DNA of 64,000 nucleotides from a virus, in the IMG/VR virus record IMGVR_UViG_3300045988_176357, positions 96,001 to 160,000 of that record, one strand, 5' to 3'. Within the stretch, counting starts at the first letter, position 1; each line of letters opens with the position of its first letter. Shown in pieces: positions 35,836 through 45,819 of this stretch. The notes beneath the pieces were generated by a model. It searched no databases and was not told where the DNA came from. It saw only the letters and a list, made by a program, of their open reading frames with translations. The position numbers and the translations under genes were made by a program.

Positions 35836-37514
35836 AATACGTCCTGAAGAGGTTTGCAGGGACTGGTACGAAGCTGGTCGACACATTATGTAAAGACGAT
35901 GCAATAATTGTTAAGAATCGTCAAAAAATAAATGCATGGTTAGAGCAGTTCACAGGCATCTCTATGCCGGTAATGGCACAGTTGATGTGGTTGCGACAGG
36001 AAAACTCATCTTGGCTGCTGACGGCTACAGCTGCTCAGATCAACCAGTTCCTCGGTCTCATTTTCGACACCAAAAAGCTTGAGACCTACAGACAGCATCT
36101 GAAGAATGCCTGTGACAGCATACCGAAGCTGCGCGATGACTTTGACACAAGAAGGAAGCAAGCTGCAGAGACATTGCACCAGCAGTCCTCGCAGAAGGAG
36201 CTGCTGTCACAACAGCTGCAGGAACAGCAGGCACTTGTACAGGCTACACGGGAAACGCTGCAGGCATTTGGTAACAGCATGTCTGTAGCCGACCGTGACA
36301 AGATGCTGCGTCTGTGCGAACAGGAACTGGCAGTCTACAACAGAGACCTCGACAAGTATAGGGATCTGCAGGAAGCTCCTGTCGTGGATATTGAAACCGA
36401 GACAGCAGCTGAGACTGCATTGGTCTCCAAAATATCTGCACAGCGGCTTGAAAAGTCAACTTGTGAGCGGATGCTGAACAGTGCCCGTGCCGATAGAGAC
36501 AACAGCAAGTGGAGGCTTGATCAGCTGCGTCATATACATACGCCTGACACCTGTGAACTATGTGGTTGCAACCTCAGTACCAGTCCGGAAACGTACCGTA
36601 ACAACAAAGTAAAACTGTTACTGCAGCAGTCTTTAAGCTACGAAGAGGCCATCAGAACCTTTTCTGAGACCTACGAAACCAGTGCACATAAATGCATTGA
36701 ACTGGAAAAGCGTATGGCCCTGCTTGAACATGCTATTGCTTCAGATAATAAAGTGCTGGAATCAATCGGACAGAAACGTGCTGAAAGACTCCGGTACATG
36801 GAACAGCTGCAGCATAAAACAGAGCTTCAACACAAGATTGAACAGGTGACTGCTGAAATCGAAAAGCTCAAGGCAACACCTGTGTACGATGCGTCTATAT
36901 CGAAGCAGCAGATTGAAAGCATGCTTCGCAGTGCCGAAGCCAGAGAGACGGAACTGAAATCCGCATATGAGACCTGTATTGCTTCTATTGCGTCTGCACA
37001 ACAGATAATACATGATGCAGAAGAAGATGCTGTCAGGTATAAACGTAACGAACGTGTGCGCCAGGTTCTGTCGACTTTGCGTGATGTTTTGTCACAAAGC
37101 AGAGCACAGGCAAGATACCTTAACAGCAAGATATCTGCCTTGAATGGCAATATAGCTCACTATCTGCAACTGTCCGAGATGCCTTTCACAGTCTTCCTCG
37201 ACCCTGCAGAGCATGTTTTCAAGTACAGGATGGATGATTGTGATGTGCAGCATCAGGCAGGCATGCTGTCTGGTGCACAAAAGGCTGCCGCCGCAATTGC
37301 AATACAGATGTCGCTCGTTGTTACGGCAGTGCCGGATCTGACATTGCTTCTGCTGGATGAAGCGGATGCTTCGTTGTCACCGGAGAACAAAGTAATTGCT
37401 ACCAAGCTTTACAGGGTCCTTGCAGAGACGCTCAGTGGAAGCGATGGCAGCACATTCGTCATAAGTCAGTCAGACACTGTTGCTGCAGAATGTGACAGAG
37501 AAATAACACTATAA
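35832..37514 (+). CDS. sbcC: SbcC/Rad50-like ATPase, exon 2: coiled coil, ABC signature LSGAQK, Walker B LLLLDEAD.
   Basis: Continues exon 1 in frame if 34167..35835 (or 34169..35831) is spliced out, giving the junction VDGE(E/AT)YVLKRF. Coiled-coil-rich middle section. Confidence 0.6.
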   Translation, partial: TEYVLKRFAGTGTKLVDTLCKDDAIIVKNRQKINAWLEQFTGISMPVMAQLMWLRQENSSWLLTATAAQINQFLGLIFDTKKLETYRQHLKNACDSIPKLRDDFDTRRKQAAETLHQQSSQKELLSQQLQEQQALVQATRETLQAFGNSMSVADRDKMLRLCEQELAVYNRDLDKYRDLQEAPVVDIETETAAETALVSKISAQRLEKSTCERMLNSARADRDNSKWRLDQLRHIHTPDTCELCGCNLSTSPETYRNNKVKLLLQQSLSYEEAIRTFSETYETSAHKCIELEKRMALLEHAIASDNKVLESIGQKRAERLRYMEQLQHKTELQHKIEQVTAEIEKLKATPVYDASISKQQIESMLRSAEARETELKSAYETCIASIASAQQIIHDAEEDAVRYKRNERVRQVLSTLRDVLSQSRAQARYLNSKISALNGNIAHYLQLSEMPFTVFLDPAEHVFKYRMDDCDVQHQAGMLSGAQKAAAAIAIQMSLVVTAVPDLTLLLLDEADASLSPENKVIATKLYRVLAETLSGSDGSTFVISQSDTVAAECDREITL

Positions 37515-37524
37515 GGAGAACAGG

Positions 37525-38565
37525 ATGAAGTACAAGAAAGGTGAGTTCGGTTACTGGTGGACAGTAATTAAGGGTAATAAGGATATAGAAGGCAAAGTGT
37601 ATGTAGGTATTATATCTTGTCGTCGCTCTAGCTTGGTATCTCTTAAAGGCGCACCAAAAGAGGTTGGCGGTAGTTTTTATTGCTCTGGCAACGCTCTGAC
37701 ATCACTTGAAGGCGCACCAAAAAAAGTTGGCGGTAATTTTGACTGTTCATATAACAAGTTGACATCTCTTAAAGGCGCGCCAAAAGAGGTTGGCGGTGGT
37801 TTTGACTGTTCGTGCAACAAATTGACATCTCTTAAAGGCGCACCAAAAGAGGTTGGCGATGGTTTTGACTGTTCATACAACAAGTTGACATCTCTTAAAG
37901 GCGCACCGAAAAAAGTTAGTGGTTATTTTTATTGCTACAACAACGCTCTGACAACACTTGAAGGCGCACCAAAAGAGATTGGCGATGGTTTTGACTGTTC
38001 ATACAACAAGTTGACAACACTTAAAGGCGCACCAAAAGAGGTTGGTAGTTGTTTTTATTGTTCCGGCAATCCACAACTCAAAGAGCTCCTAGATAAGATG
38101 CCTACACAAGCTATATGTGGAGACGTGTATAAGTGGTGTGGAAAGATCTGGAGCTTCTTCGACGGCGTGCAGAAAGAGGTAGCAACGATACGCAAATCCG
38201 GCAGCATTACGGTGTACAAGATGAAAGACGGCACCTATGCTATGCACGACGGAGAGGCGTACGCGCATGGCAAAACACTCAAGGAAGCCAAAGCGGATCT
38301 CATCTATAAGCGCACATCAAGGGATCTCAGTGAATACAAGAAGTTCACCATGGATTCCAAGCTGCCGCTTGAGGAGTGCATCAAGATGTACCGCTCGATA
38401 ACAGGAGCGTGTTCTCTGGGCACAAAGGAGTTCTGCTCGAAGAGGAAGCTCAAGAAGGCGTACACTGTTGGGGAAGTCATTGAGATCACAGATGGTGCGT
38501 ATGGGAATGACAAACTTAAGGAGTTCTTTAAAGAAGGCAAATGTCTACAACAGATGAAACCGTGA
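37525..38565 (+). CDS. BspA-like leucine-rich-repeat protein with seven 21-aa repeats (LTSLKGAPKEVGGxFDCSYNK) plus a C-terminal domain.
   Basis: AAGGAGAA RBS. Repeat periodicity is visible in the translation. The N-terminus MKYKKGEFGYWWT is shared with 41601. Confidence 0.6.
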   Translation: MKYKKGEFGYWWTVIKGNKDIEGKVYVGIISCRRSSLVSLKGAPKEVGGSFYCSGNALTSLEGAPKKVGGNFDCSYNKLTSLKGAPKEVGGGFDCSCNKLTSLKGAPKEVGDGFDCSYNKLTSLKGAPKKVSGYFYCYNNALTTLEGAPKEIGDGFDCSYNKLTTLKGAPKEVGSCFYCSGNPQLKELLDKMPTQAICGDVYKWCGKIWSFFDGVQKEVATIRKSGSITVYKMKDGTYAMHDGEAYAHGKTLKEAKADLIYKRTSRDLSEYKKFTMDSKLPLEECIKMYRSITGACSLGTKEFCSKRKLKKAYTVGEVIEITDGAYGNDKLKEFFKEGKCLQQMKP

Positions 38566-38673
38566 AAGCGATGAAAGAAGCTCTGGAAGGTGACCCTAAA
38601 GAACTGTTCAGTGCTCTGGCACACATTATGGTGCAATTCTTCAACAGAGAACTGGTAAACTAAGGAGAACGGA

Positions 38674-39423
38674 ATGAAAGTGACAGAACTTGAAAGAAAA
38701 GAAGTTTGTACGCAAGTAAAGTATGCGTGGAATAAGAAGGTATTTGAGCTTGACGACTGCCCTGACTGGGCTCAGTACGCAGCTGTTGACAAGGATGGAA
38801 CCGCATTCTGGTGCAGTAACGAGCCAGATCTGTGTTCCTTCGGCTGGCTAACCTCTCTGAAAGACAAATATAAGTCCATATGTGACGCTGATAAGCGTCC
38901 GCTTCTGTTCAAGACAGATGGCTGGGTCTACAGTCTGATAAAGAGACCAAAGTCTGCACACAAGAACGTATCGGCACACTTGTGCAGAGACAGCAAAGGC
39001 AGGTTTGTCAGCAGGGTCAAAGACGCCACACCCGATCTGCCTCAAACCCAGTATCAGACAACAGAAGGCCACTATGCCTATGGCAGATGCAAATTGCTCG
39101 AATTCTCCGCACGTGAGCTCAGCGATGAGTATGGTAATGCAATGCTGCAACTGAAACTGCTGCTGAAGAACAAAAAGGGCGTTGTAGAGCTGGTCATAGA
39201 TGTGCGTCCTGTCAGTAAGGAAAAAGGCGCACTGCGTTATTTTGTAGTGCAATCAGGGCTTGAGCATGCACTCTTCAGTGCTTTGTTGCATAAAGACAAA
39301 GAGATCGACGCGGACTTATCTGCGATATGTCCTGTACTTTATATATACAGTAATACTGACATACGTGAAATCAGGTTTCCAGCAGCATCATGCTGGAGAA
39401 TCGAGCGTGAAATTGCACTGTAA
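38674..39423 (+). CDS. Member of the CPDWAQYAAVD paralog family.
   Basis: ELDDCPDWAQYAAVDKDGTAFW motif; AAGGAGAA RBS. Confidence 0.6.
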   Translation: MKVTELERKEVCTQVKYAWNKKVFELDDCPDWAQYAAVDKDGTAFWCSNEPDLCSFGWLTSLKDKYKSICDADKRPLLFKTDGWVYSLIKRPKSAHKNVSAHLCRDSKGRFVSRVKDATPDLPQTQYQTTEGHYAYGRCKLLEFSARELSDEYGNAMLQLKLLLKNKKGVVELVIDVRPVSKEKGALRYFVVQSGLEHALFSALLHKDKEIDADLSAICPVLYIYSNTDIREIRFPAASCWRIEREIAL

Positions 39424-39434
39424 CAGAAAGGAGC

Positions 39435-40139
39435 GTGAAAATGAAAGTAACAGATCTCGATACAAAAGACGTCATAGTAACACGTACAGAAAAACGGTAC
39501 GTACTTAATGAGAAAGTGTTCGAACTTGATGACTGTCCTGACTGGGCTCAGTACGCAGCTGTTGATGAGTGTGGGACTGCGTACTGGCACGAGAACAAGC
39601 CATGTCATATGTTGCACCAATGGTTTCACAGATCAGATAGCAGGTATAAGGCTATTGCTGATTACAGCTTTGATACCACCGACTGGCAGCACAGTCTTAT
39701 CGAGCGACCCAAGAAGGTACTCGAGGTCACTATGGCTGACCTGGAGAAGAAATATGGGTGCAAAGTCAAGCTTGTAAAGGGCTACGATACGCAAGAAAAG
39801 ATAGATGTTACATCTGACGCTGTAGCTGAGACCAGCAGTAACTTAAGTACAGATGTTTACAAGTTGGATACGCAAGTGTTCCTGCTTAACCAGTGTCCGT
39901 CTTGGGCTAAGTGGGCTGCTGTGGATCATGACGGTATTGCAAGCTGGTACAACACTAAGCCAGTTCTCAGCTCAGACAAAAGATGGCAATTGCCGAAAGG
40001 CGTTTTAGGGTGCTGTATGCCAATTGAACGTGTCGGTACTGGACAATACATGCGCTTCGATGCATCGTCTTACTATGATAGTGTAGTGGAAAAGAAAGCG
40101 TGTTTGAGTCCATACAAAGCACGTAAATCCAATGCCTGA
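39435..40139 (+). CDS. Member of the CPDWAQYAAVD paralog family, with two motif copies plus a VTMADLEKKYGCKVKLVKG module.
   Basis: Motifs at residues about 30-50 and about 150-170. Confidence 0.6.
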   Translation: MKMKVTDLDTKDVIVTRTEKRYVLNEKVFELDDCPDWAQYAAVDECGTAYWHENKPCHMLHQWFHRSDSRYKAIADYSFDTTDWQHSLIERPKKVLEVTMADLEKKYGCKVKLVKGYDTQEKIDVTSDAVAETSSNLSTDVYKLDTQVFLLNQCPSWAKWAAVDHDGIASWYNTKPVLSSDKRWQLPKGVLGCCMPIERVGTGQYMRFDASSYYDSVVEKKACLSPYKARKSNA

Positions 40140-41649
40140 CAGCCTGACTATAAAGCTCAGCTATACTGTATGCTCGTGTACCCCGTGGCCTGTGAGCTTG
40201 CGGGATACAGCTCGTTTCACAATGCGTGAGCCAAAGACGCCGGAAGAACTTCGAGCAGAACGAGACGCCATTAAGCGTGCAGGCAGCACAGGCAAACCGA
40301 AGCCCTACAAGTTTACAAGTCACAGCTGCGTTGAAACAAGGAGTGGCTCAGGCTACTTCCTTATAGGCTTTTGGCCGCACCTCAAAGCAGAACTCGAAAA
40401 GCGCAATATACCTTACAGTGTAGACGACCAGCGAGATCGTTCACTCAGACCTGATCCTGATTATAGCTGCCTGTCGGGTATACAGTTCCGAGAAGGACAG
40501 GCAGAAGCATTGGCAAGTATCATATCAAGTGATGGCGGTCTGTTGTGCTCCAATGTTTCGTTCGGTAAAAGCTTCCTTATTAAGGTGCTCTGTCAATTAT
40601 ATCCTACATTGAACATACTTGTCGTATGCAATGCGGGCGAAGTCGTACGGGAGCTGTACAGAGCCATCTCTGAGGTGCTTCCCGGTCAGGTTGGCCTGCT
40701 GGATATGAAACACAGCGAGATCAATGGCAAACGCATCATCGTTACCACAACGAAGTCCATGACGAAAGTCAAACCGGAACAGGTACAGCTGATGCTCGTG
40801 GATGAATGTCATTGCGCTGGGTACAACGAGACAGGATTCCAAATCCAGCAGTTCTGCTTCTGCAGACGATTCGGATTCACAGCAACCCCGATCAGAAACC
40901 AAGGCGATCATCTGTACTTTGAATCGTTATTTGGGCCTGTGCTGCAGCAGCAGACATTTGAGCAGTCTGTAGCGGCAGGTTCGGTAACTCCGATTGAGTA
41001 CACTATGGTACCGATTGAGAAAAAGCTGACATATCTTGACGACATAAAGCAGCTGCCGAATGCAATTCAGTACCGACTGATGTATACCAACAACCCTGTA
41101 AGGAACAGACTTATTGCAGGTGTGTTCAACGATATCAGACAGGCGAATCCTGATGCACAGATACTTATCATGACTCAGACTATCGAGCACTTGATACGCC
41201 TATGTGAACTTATTCCGGGTTTGCATTTCGCACACGGTGAAAGAGGCGATCTCAGTTCATATAAGCGCAAGAAGGGGCTCGAGAATGTCGACATGTTCAA
41301 GTACAGACAGTCAGCTGAGCAACTGTCGTACGTGAAAAAACAGGCCGAGCTTGGTGAGTATAAGTCGCTTATAGCTACAGGCGTCTGGTCAAAGGGCATC
41401 AACCTGCACCACTTATCCGTACTTATAAGAGCGGATGGTGCTGTATCCGGGATACCGTCTGTGCAGATACCTGGACGACTTGCGCGGCTTGACGATGGAA
41501 AGGAAATTGCGTTTCTTGTGGACTTTTCGGACGAGTTCTGTGAGTCTGCAGGTAACAGAGCAGTAGCCAGAACCAGGCATTACAACAAGGAAGGATATGC
41601 GTGCGTATCTTATATAGATATGCTGCAGGAAATAAGAAGGACAAAATGA
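40132..41649 (+). CDS. Superfamily-2 DNA helicase (DEAH-like). Alternative start 40222.
   Basis: Motif I GKS, motif II VDECH, motif III FTATP, motif VI PGRLARLDDG. Confidence 0.6.
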   Translation: MPDSLTIKLSYTVCSCTPWPVSLRDTARFTMREPKTPEELRAERDAIKRAGSTGKPKPYKFTSHSCVETRSGSGYFLIGFWPHLKAELEKRNIPYSVDDQRDRSLRPDPDYSCLSGIQFREGQAEALASIISSDGGLLCSNVSFGKSFLIKVLCQLYPTLNILVVCNAGEVVRELYRAISEVLPGQVGLLDMKHSEINGKRIIVTTTKSMTKVKPEQVQLMLVDECHCAGYNETGFQIQQFCFCRRFGFTATPIRNQGDHLYFESLFGPVLQQQTFEQSVAAGSVTPIEYTMVPIEKKLTYLDDIKQLPNAIQYRLMYTNNPVRNRLIAGVFNDIRQANPDAQILIMTQTIEHLIRLCELIPGLHFAHGERGDLSSYKRKKGLENVDMFKYRQSAEQLSYVKKQAELGEYKSLIATGVWSKGINLHHLSVLIRADGAVSGIPSVQIPGRLARLDDGKEIAFLVDFSDEFCESAGNRAVARTRHYNKEGYACVSYIDMLQEIRRTK

Positions 41650-42729
41650 AGTACAAGAAAGGTGAATTCGGTTACTGGTGGACCAGGAAAAATGAGGATA
41701 TTGAAGGCGGAGAGTATGAGGGCTCCATATGTTGTCCTGAAAATCTTACGTCTTTAAGAGGAGCACCACGAATAGTGACAGGTGAATTCTTTTGTCACCG
41801 TTGCCGTATCACAACACTGAGAGGAGCGCCTGAGAAAGTAGGCGGAAATTTTAGCTGTGTTGAAACGAAGCTGACAGATCTGAAAGGAGCTCCTAAAGAA
41901 GTCGGCGGTAACTTCTACTGTGACATGTGCGGGCTGATATCTCTGGAAGGAGGTCCTCGCAGGATAGGAGGAAGCTTTTACTGCGATAACAACAAGCTCA
42001 CTTCGTTAGAGGGCGGTCCCACTGAGATTTTCGGTGACTACAGATGCAGCTATAACGAGCTTAAAAATTTGTTAGGCGCACCAGAAGTTATTCCTGGCGA
42101 TTTCATCTGCAGTGAAACCACTCTTAATTCACTGGAGGGCTGTCCAAAAGTAGTGAAGGGCTCATTGATCCTGGACTATAATTCGCTCATATCCTTGGAG
42201 CATTGCGCTAAAAGTGTAGGAGGGGACTTCAATGTAAACTTCAATGGGCTTAAGTCGTTGTTAGGCGGGCCCGTATCTGTAGGAGGATCCTATAAGTGCG
42301 TGAACAATGATCTGCGTACTCTTTTTGGTTGTCCGTCAGTCATAAACGGAGACTTTGAGTGCGCAGGCAATGCACTGAATGATCTTGCCTCCTGTCCAAG
42401 TAAAGTAACAGGTAATTTTGATTGCTGTAGTAATCATCTGGTTACCTTGGAAGGAGGTCCCACAGAGGTAGGCGGCGACTATGACTGCTCCGTCAATAAT
42501 CTACAGACGCTTAAAGGAGCTCCATCGTGTGCTAACGGTGATTTTGATTGCAGCTTCAATGAATTGACAAGTCTTGAAGGCTCTCCTGATGTGGTGGCTG
42601 GAGAATTCGTCTGTCATAATAACAAATTGGAGTCTTTGGTCGGAGGACCTAGCGTAGTGTCCGCTCACTATTGCTGTTCGTACAATAACTTGAAGTCCCT
42701 GAGAGGGATTGCTCATAAAATCGGTGGAG
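41601..42729 (+). CDS. BspA-like LRR protein, exon 1 (16 or more 21-aa repeats). Interrupted by IStron copy 2.
   Basis: Repeat pattern GxPxxVGGxFxCxxNxLxSL. The apparent stop lies in sequence shared with the copy 1 insertion site. Confidence 0.55.
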
Positions 42730-44405
42730 CTTAACAACTCCCTTTAACCAGTGATGGTTATTGAACAAGAAAGTGAATTGCTAATAGATCCCAAGAGCCT
42801 CACGACGCCAATAAAATGGATCGAAAGAGAAAACAAAGAAGTGAGGATACCGCAAGGCGACAATAAGCCTAAACGGGAGTGACAACGGACGTTTAGCAGC
42901 CGAGCCATGCGTTCGACAGAACGCCAGCGCATGGAAGGTTCATCGACTAGGACATTGTGTCCGTACCCGAGCAGCCATGTGCGTGATAACGCACGAAAGC
43001 AAGGGGAAGTACTCTTGGTTGGGAACAACCAAATGAAATAGTCAGTGCTTCATGGAAACATGAAGAGCGGTTAGGAGTGACAACCTGAAACCTGCTACTG
43101 GGTGGCAACCGGTAGTGAACAGAACCATGGACTTCAATTGTACTTTAATTTCATCAAGAACATTTAACGTTTTGATCTTTACAGATACGGTGTATAATAC
43201 ACCTAAACTGAAGGTGTAAATTTCATGATCAGAACAAACGTCATAAGATTGTACCCGACAAGGGCACAGGAAGCGCAGCTGAATAACACAGCTGGCGCTT
43301 GTCGTTTCGCATGGAATAAAGCCCTCAGTTACTGGGATGAGCAATATGAAGCTCATCTTAAGGATAAATCCATTCCGTTACCGATTTCTTCCAAAGTAGC
43401 AAGCTGGTATAAAGACAACCGCGAAGAATGGGCGTCCGAAACATCTTCTGTCTGTCAGCGCCAGGAAATACTTCACCTTGGCAAAGCCTTCCACAGCTAC
43501 TTTAGACGTCCGGACCATTTCGCACATTCGAAGTTCCACAAGAAGGGAATTAAGGACTCATTCGAGGTTCCGAATGACAAGGCGAAAATCAAAGACGGCA
43601 GACTTTCATTGCCGAAGATAGGCGAAGTCAAAATGGCTGAGCCGCTTCGCTACCAAGGCAAGATATGCAGCTACACAGTAAAGAAGTCAGGCGGCAACTG
43701 GTATGTTCACATACCTGTGGAAACAGGTAAGGACGAGAGAGTTCGTTGCATCAATCCAGAGTCCGTCGTCGGTATCGACGTAGGACTTCTGAATCCGGCT
43801 GTAGCCAGCGACGGCACCAAGCTGGAGCTCCCAAAGGAAACCTTGGACAAGCTCGACGCCAAACTCAGGCGACAGCAAAAGGCACTCTCCCGTTCACAAA
43901 GGAACTCCAGAAACCATGCCAAGCTTCTTCTCAAGAAGCAGCGTACTCAAAATAAGATCAACAACATCCGAAAGGATGCAGTACACAAGTTCACGACCGC
44001 CATTGCCAAGAGCCACGGCAAGGTAGTCATTGAGGATCTGGATATAAAAGAGATGAAGGCCAAGGCCCCCGCACGTTCAGTGCGTCGCGCCTACAACAGC
44101 TCCCTCATGGGCGCCATTCGCTGGCAGCTCTCTTACAAAGTCCAGCACCTGATCAAGGTGAATCGTTTCTTCCCGTCTTCCAAGACCTGCAGCAACTGCG
44201 GGCACATAAAGGGCGACCTCACCGTAGGTGAACGTACATATCATTGCGACCACTGCGGAGCGGTCATCGACCGCGACCTCAACGCCGCAATCAACTTGAT
44301 GAAAGCAGGGCTGGTCAAGCCCGAAGTGTCTGTGGAGTAAGCTGGTACCAGCTTACGTTGAATCAGAAAGTACAGACGGACGCAATGTCCGTAAGTTCAT
44401 GACAG
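42730..44405 (+). mobile_element. IStron copy 2: group-I-intron-like module plus tnpB inserted in the LRR-protein gene. Boundaries are within a few nt.
   Basis: Starts with the same cttaacaac...gaacaagaaagtgaattgct sequence and ends with the same ccgtaagttcatgacag as copy 1. Excision fuses ...KIGG(D/AT)IYCADNELP, continuing the repeat. Confidence 0.65.
43225..44340 (+). CDS. tnpB: TnpB (IS605 OrfB family) inside IStron copy 2. Intact, with ATG start and TTGATC-17-TATAAT promoter upstream.
   Basis: Same motifs as copy 1. Promoter-like ttgatctttacagatacggtgtataat at about 43170-43197. Confidence 0.85.
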   Translation: MIRTNVIRLYPTRAQEAQLNNTAGACRFAWNKALSYWDEQYEAHLKDKSIPLPISSKVASWYKDNREEWASETSSVCQRQEILHLGKAFHSYFRRPDHFAHSKFHKKGIKDSFEVPNDKAKIKDGRLSLPKIGEVKMAEPLRYQGKICSYTVKKSGGNWYVHIPVETGKDERVRCINPESVVGIDVGLLNPAVASDGTKLELPKETLDKLDAKLRRQQKALSRSQRNSRNHAKLLLKKQRTQNKINNIRKDAVHKFTTAIAKSHGKVVIEDLDIKEMKAKAPARSVRRAYNSSLMGAIRWQLSYKVQHLIKVNRFFPSSKTCSNCGHIKGDLTVGERTYHCDHCGAVIDRDLNAAINLMKAGLVKPEVSVE

Positions 44406-44506
44406 ACATATATTGCGCCGATAATGAGCTGCCTGTTGCTGACAGCAAAAGAGCAAGATACGCTTTCGAAGCCAAGGATAATCTGCTGGAGGTATGTGGT
44501 GGCTTA
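44406..44506 (+). CDS. LRR protein exon 2: short C-terminal continuation IYCADNELPVADSK...EVCGGL.
   Basis: In frame with exon 1 after element removal, and matches the repeat consensus IGGxFYC.NxL. Confidence 0.45.
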
Positions 44507-44619
44507 TAACAAGAACGTCGAGTATTTGTACTCCGTCGTATTTCCTTCGTTTAGTTCCAGCAAGGCGGTGCATGATGAGCTGGTGCACAGACACAGGAAA
44601 GAGACGGAAAAGGTGGGAT

Positions 44620-45066
44620 ATGTCCGAAGCAAGTTTGACTGAGTTCACGATGTTCGGCAATGAATACGAGGCTGTCGACAGCAACATATGCGATGGCTGC
44701 GTCTTTTTCAGTAAAGAGGGGCGTAGGTGTCACAGATACGAGATTGTACGGTCAGCTTCCGTTCACGGCGATCTTTCTTGTAGCAGCGTCGAAAGGACTG
44801 ACGGCAGGGATGTTATTTTCGTAAAGAAGAGCAGCAAACCCTATAAGACTGACTGCGGTTCAGTTACCAATGGCGACCTGCTCAGGCGTATGAACAACAG
44901 GGAGCTGGCAGATGTCATAGGGTTCTTTGCCCGCTGGATGCAGAGGGCCGACATAGGCGAGGACAACTACAGTGAATATATGCTGCGCTGGCTGAGCTCG
45001 TTGGGAACACCTGGAGATGCTGACGCAAAATCAAGGGGTTTTTATGAGAATCAAAAAGGTAACTGA
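44620..45066 (+). CDS. Hypothetical protein. The track ORF 44494 is trimmed to the RBS-supported ATG.
   Basis: AAGGTGGG RBS before ATG 44620. The upstream part of the track ORF overlaps exon 2 out of frame. Confidence 0.45.
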   Translation: MSEASLTEFTMFGNEYEAVDSNICDGCVFFSKEGRRCHRYEIVRSASVHGDLSCSSVERTDGRDVIFVKKSSKPYKTDCGSVTNGDLLRRMNNRELADVIGFFARWMQRADIGEDNYSEYMLRWLSSLGTPGDADAKSRGFYENQKGN

Positions 45067-45352
45067 CGACTATATAGAGTTCGACACAGGTGATACGTTG
45101 CGTTCGTATCACATGCCTGCATGCTGTGAAGACAACTACGCTGCATTTAAGGAGGTCGATGATCTTGCTCTTGAGGCCGACTTCGATCAGCCTCTGATGT
45201 TTGAGGCTGTATTTGGCGGGTTTCGTTTCGGCAACGAAGGCAAGATGTTCTTTGTTCCTTGCTATTCAGAGCAGAACGGATACTACACAAACGAGGTCGA
45301 TATCGAGCTCAATGGGAGTCGGGTGCTCAGCTGCGAAGGTACGCTTATCTGA
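45044..45352 (+). CDS. Hypothetical protein.
   Basis: ORF-track frame; second Met preceded by AAGGGG. Confidence 0.4.
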   Translation: MRIKKVTDDYIEFDTGDTLRSYHMPACCEDNYAAFKEVDDLALEADFDQPLMFEAVFGGFRFGNEGKMFFVPCYSEQNGYYTNEVDIELNGSRVLSCEGTLI

Positions 45353-45467
45353 TGTCAGATGTGAAACATGTAAAAGTAAACAAGGACAGAAAGAGGGGAC
45401 TTAAGATGCCTAAGAAAGCGGCAGGCTTACATAGTCAACAATAAGGAGCACAAGAAAGGAGAACAAA

Positions 45468-45818
45468 ATGAAAATAACAGACCTCGACACAAAAAATGTA
45501 CAGGTAACACGTACAGAAAAACGGTACATATTGAACGATAAGGTCTTCCAGCTTGACTGCTGCCCTGACTGGGCTCAGTATGCAGCTGTGGATGAGGATG
45601 GACATGCTTACTGGTACGAGTATAAACCGAACCAATATTCTGCCAGTTGGAGAAATACGGCACCTCGTTTAGTGTCGCACATACATACTGACACACTTTT
45701 CGATGCCACCGACTGGTGGAATAGCCTTATCAGGCGCCCACAGAAGGTACTTGAGGTTACTATGGCAGACCTGGAGAAGAAGTTTGGATGTAAAGTGAAA
45801 ATTGTAAAGGATATTTGA
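45468..45818 (+). CDS. CPDWAQYAAVD-family small protein with the C-terminal VTMADLEKKFGCKVKIVK module.
   Basis: Motif LDCCPDWAQYAAVDEDGHAYW; AAGGAGAACAAA RBS. Confidence 0.6.
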   Translation: MKITDLDTKNVQVTRTEKRYILNDKVFQLDCCPDWAQYAAVDEDGHAYWYEYKPNQYSASWRNTAPRLVSHIHTDTLFDATDWWNSLIRRPQKVLEVTMADLEKKFGCKVKIVKDI

Positions 45819-45819
45819 T

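Noticed and set aside
44494-44619. The N-terminal 42 residues of track ORF 44494..45066
   Set aside because: Overlaps LRR exon 2 in another frame and has junk composition. A good RBS precedes the internal ATG at 44620.
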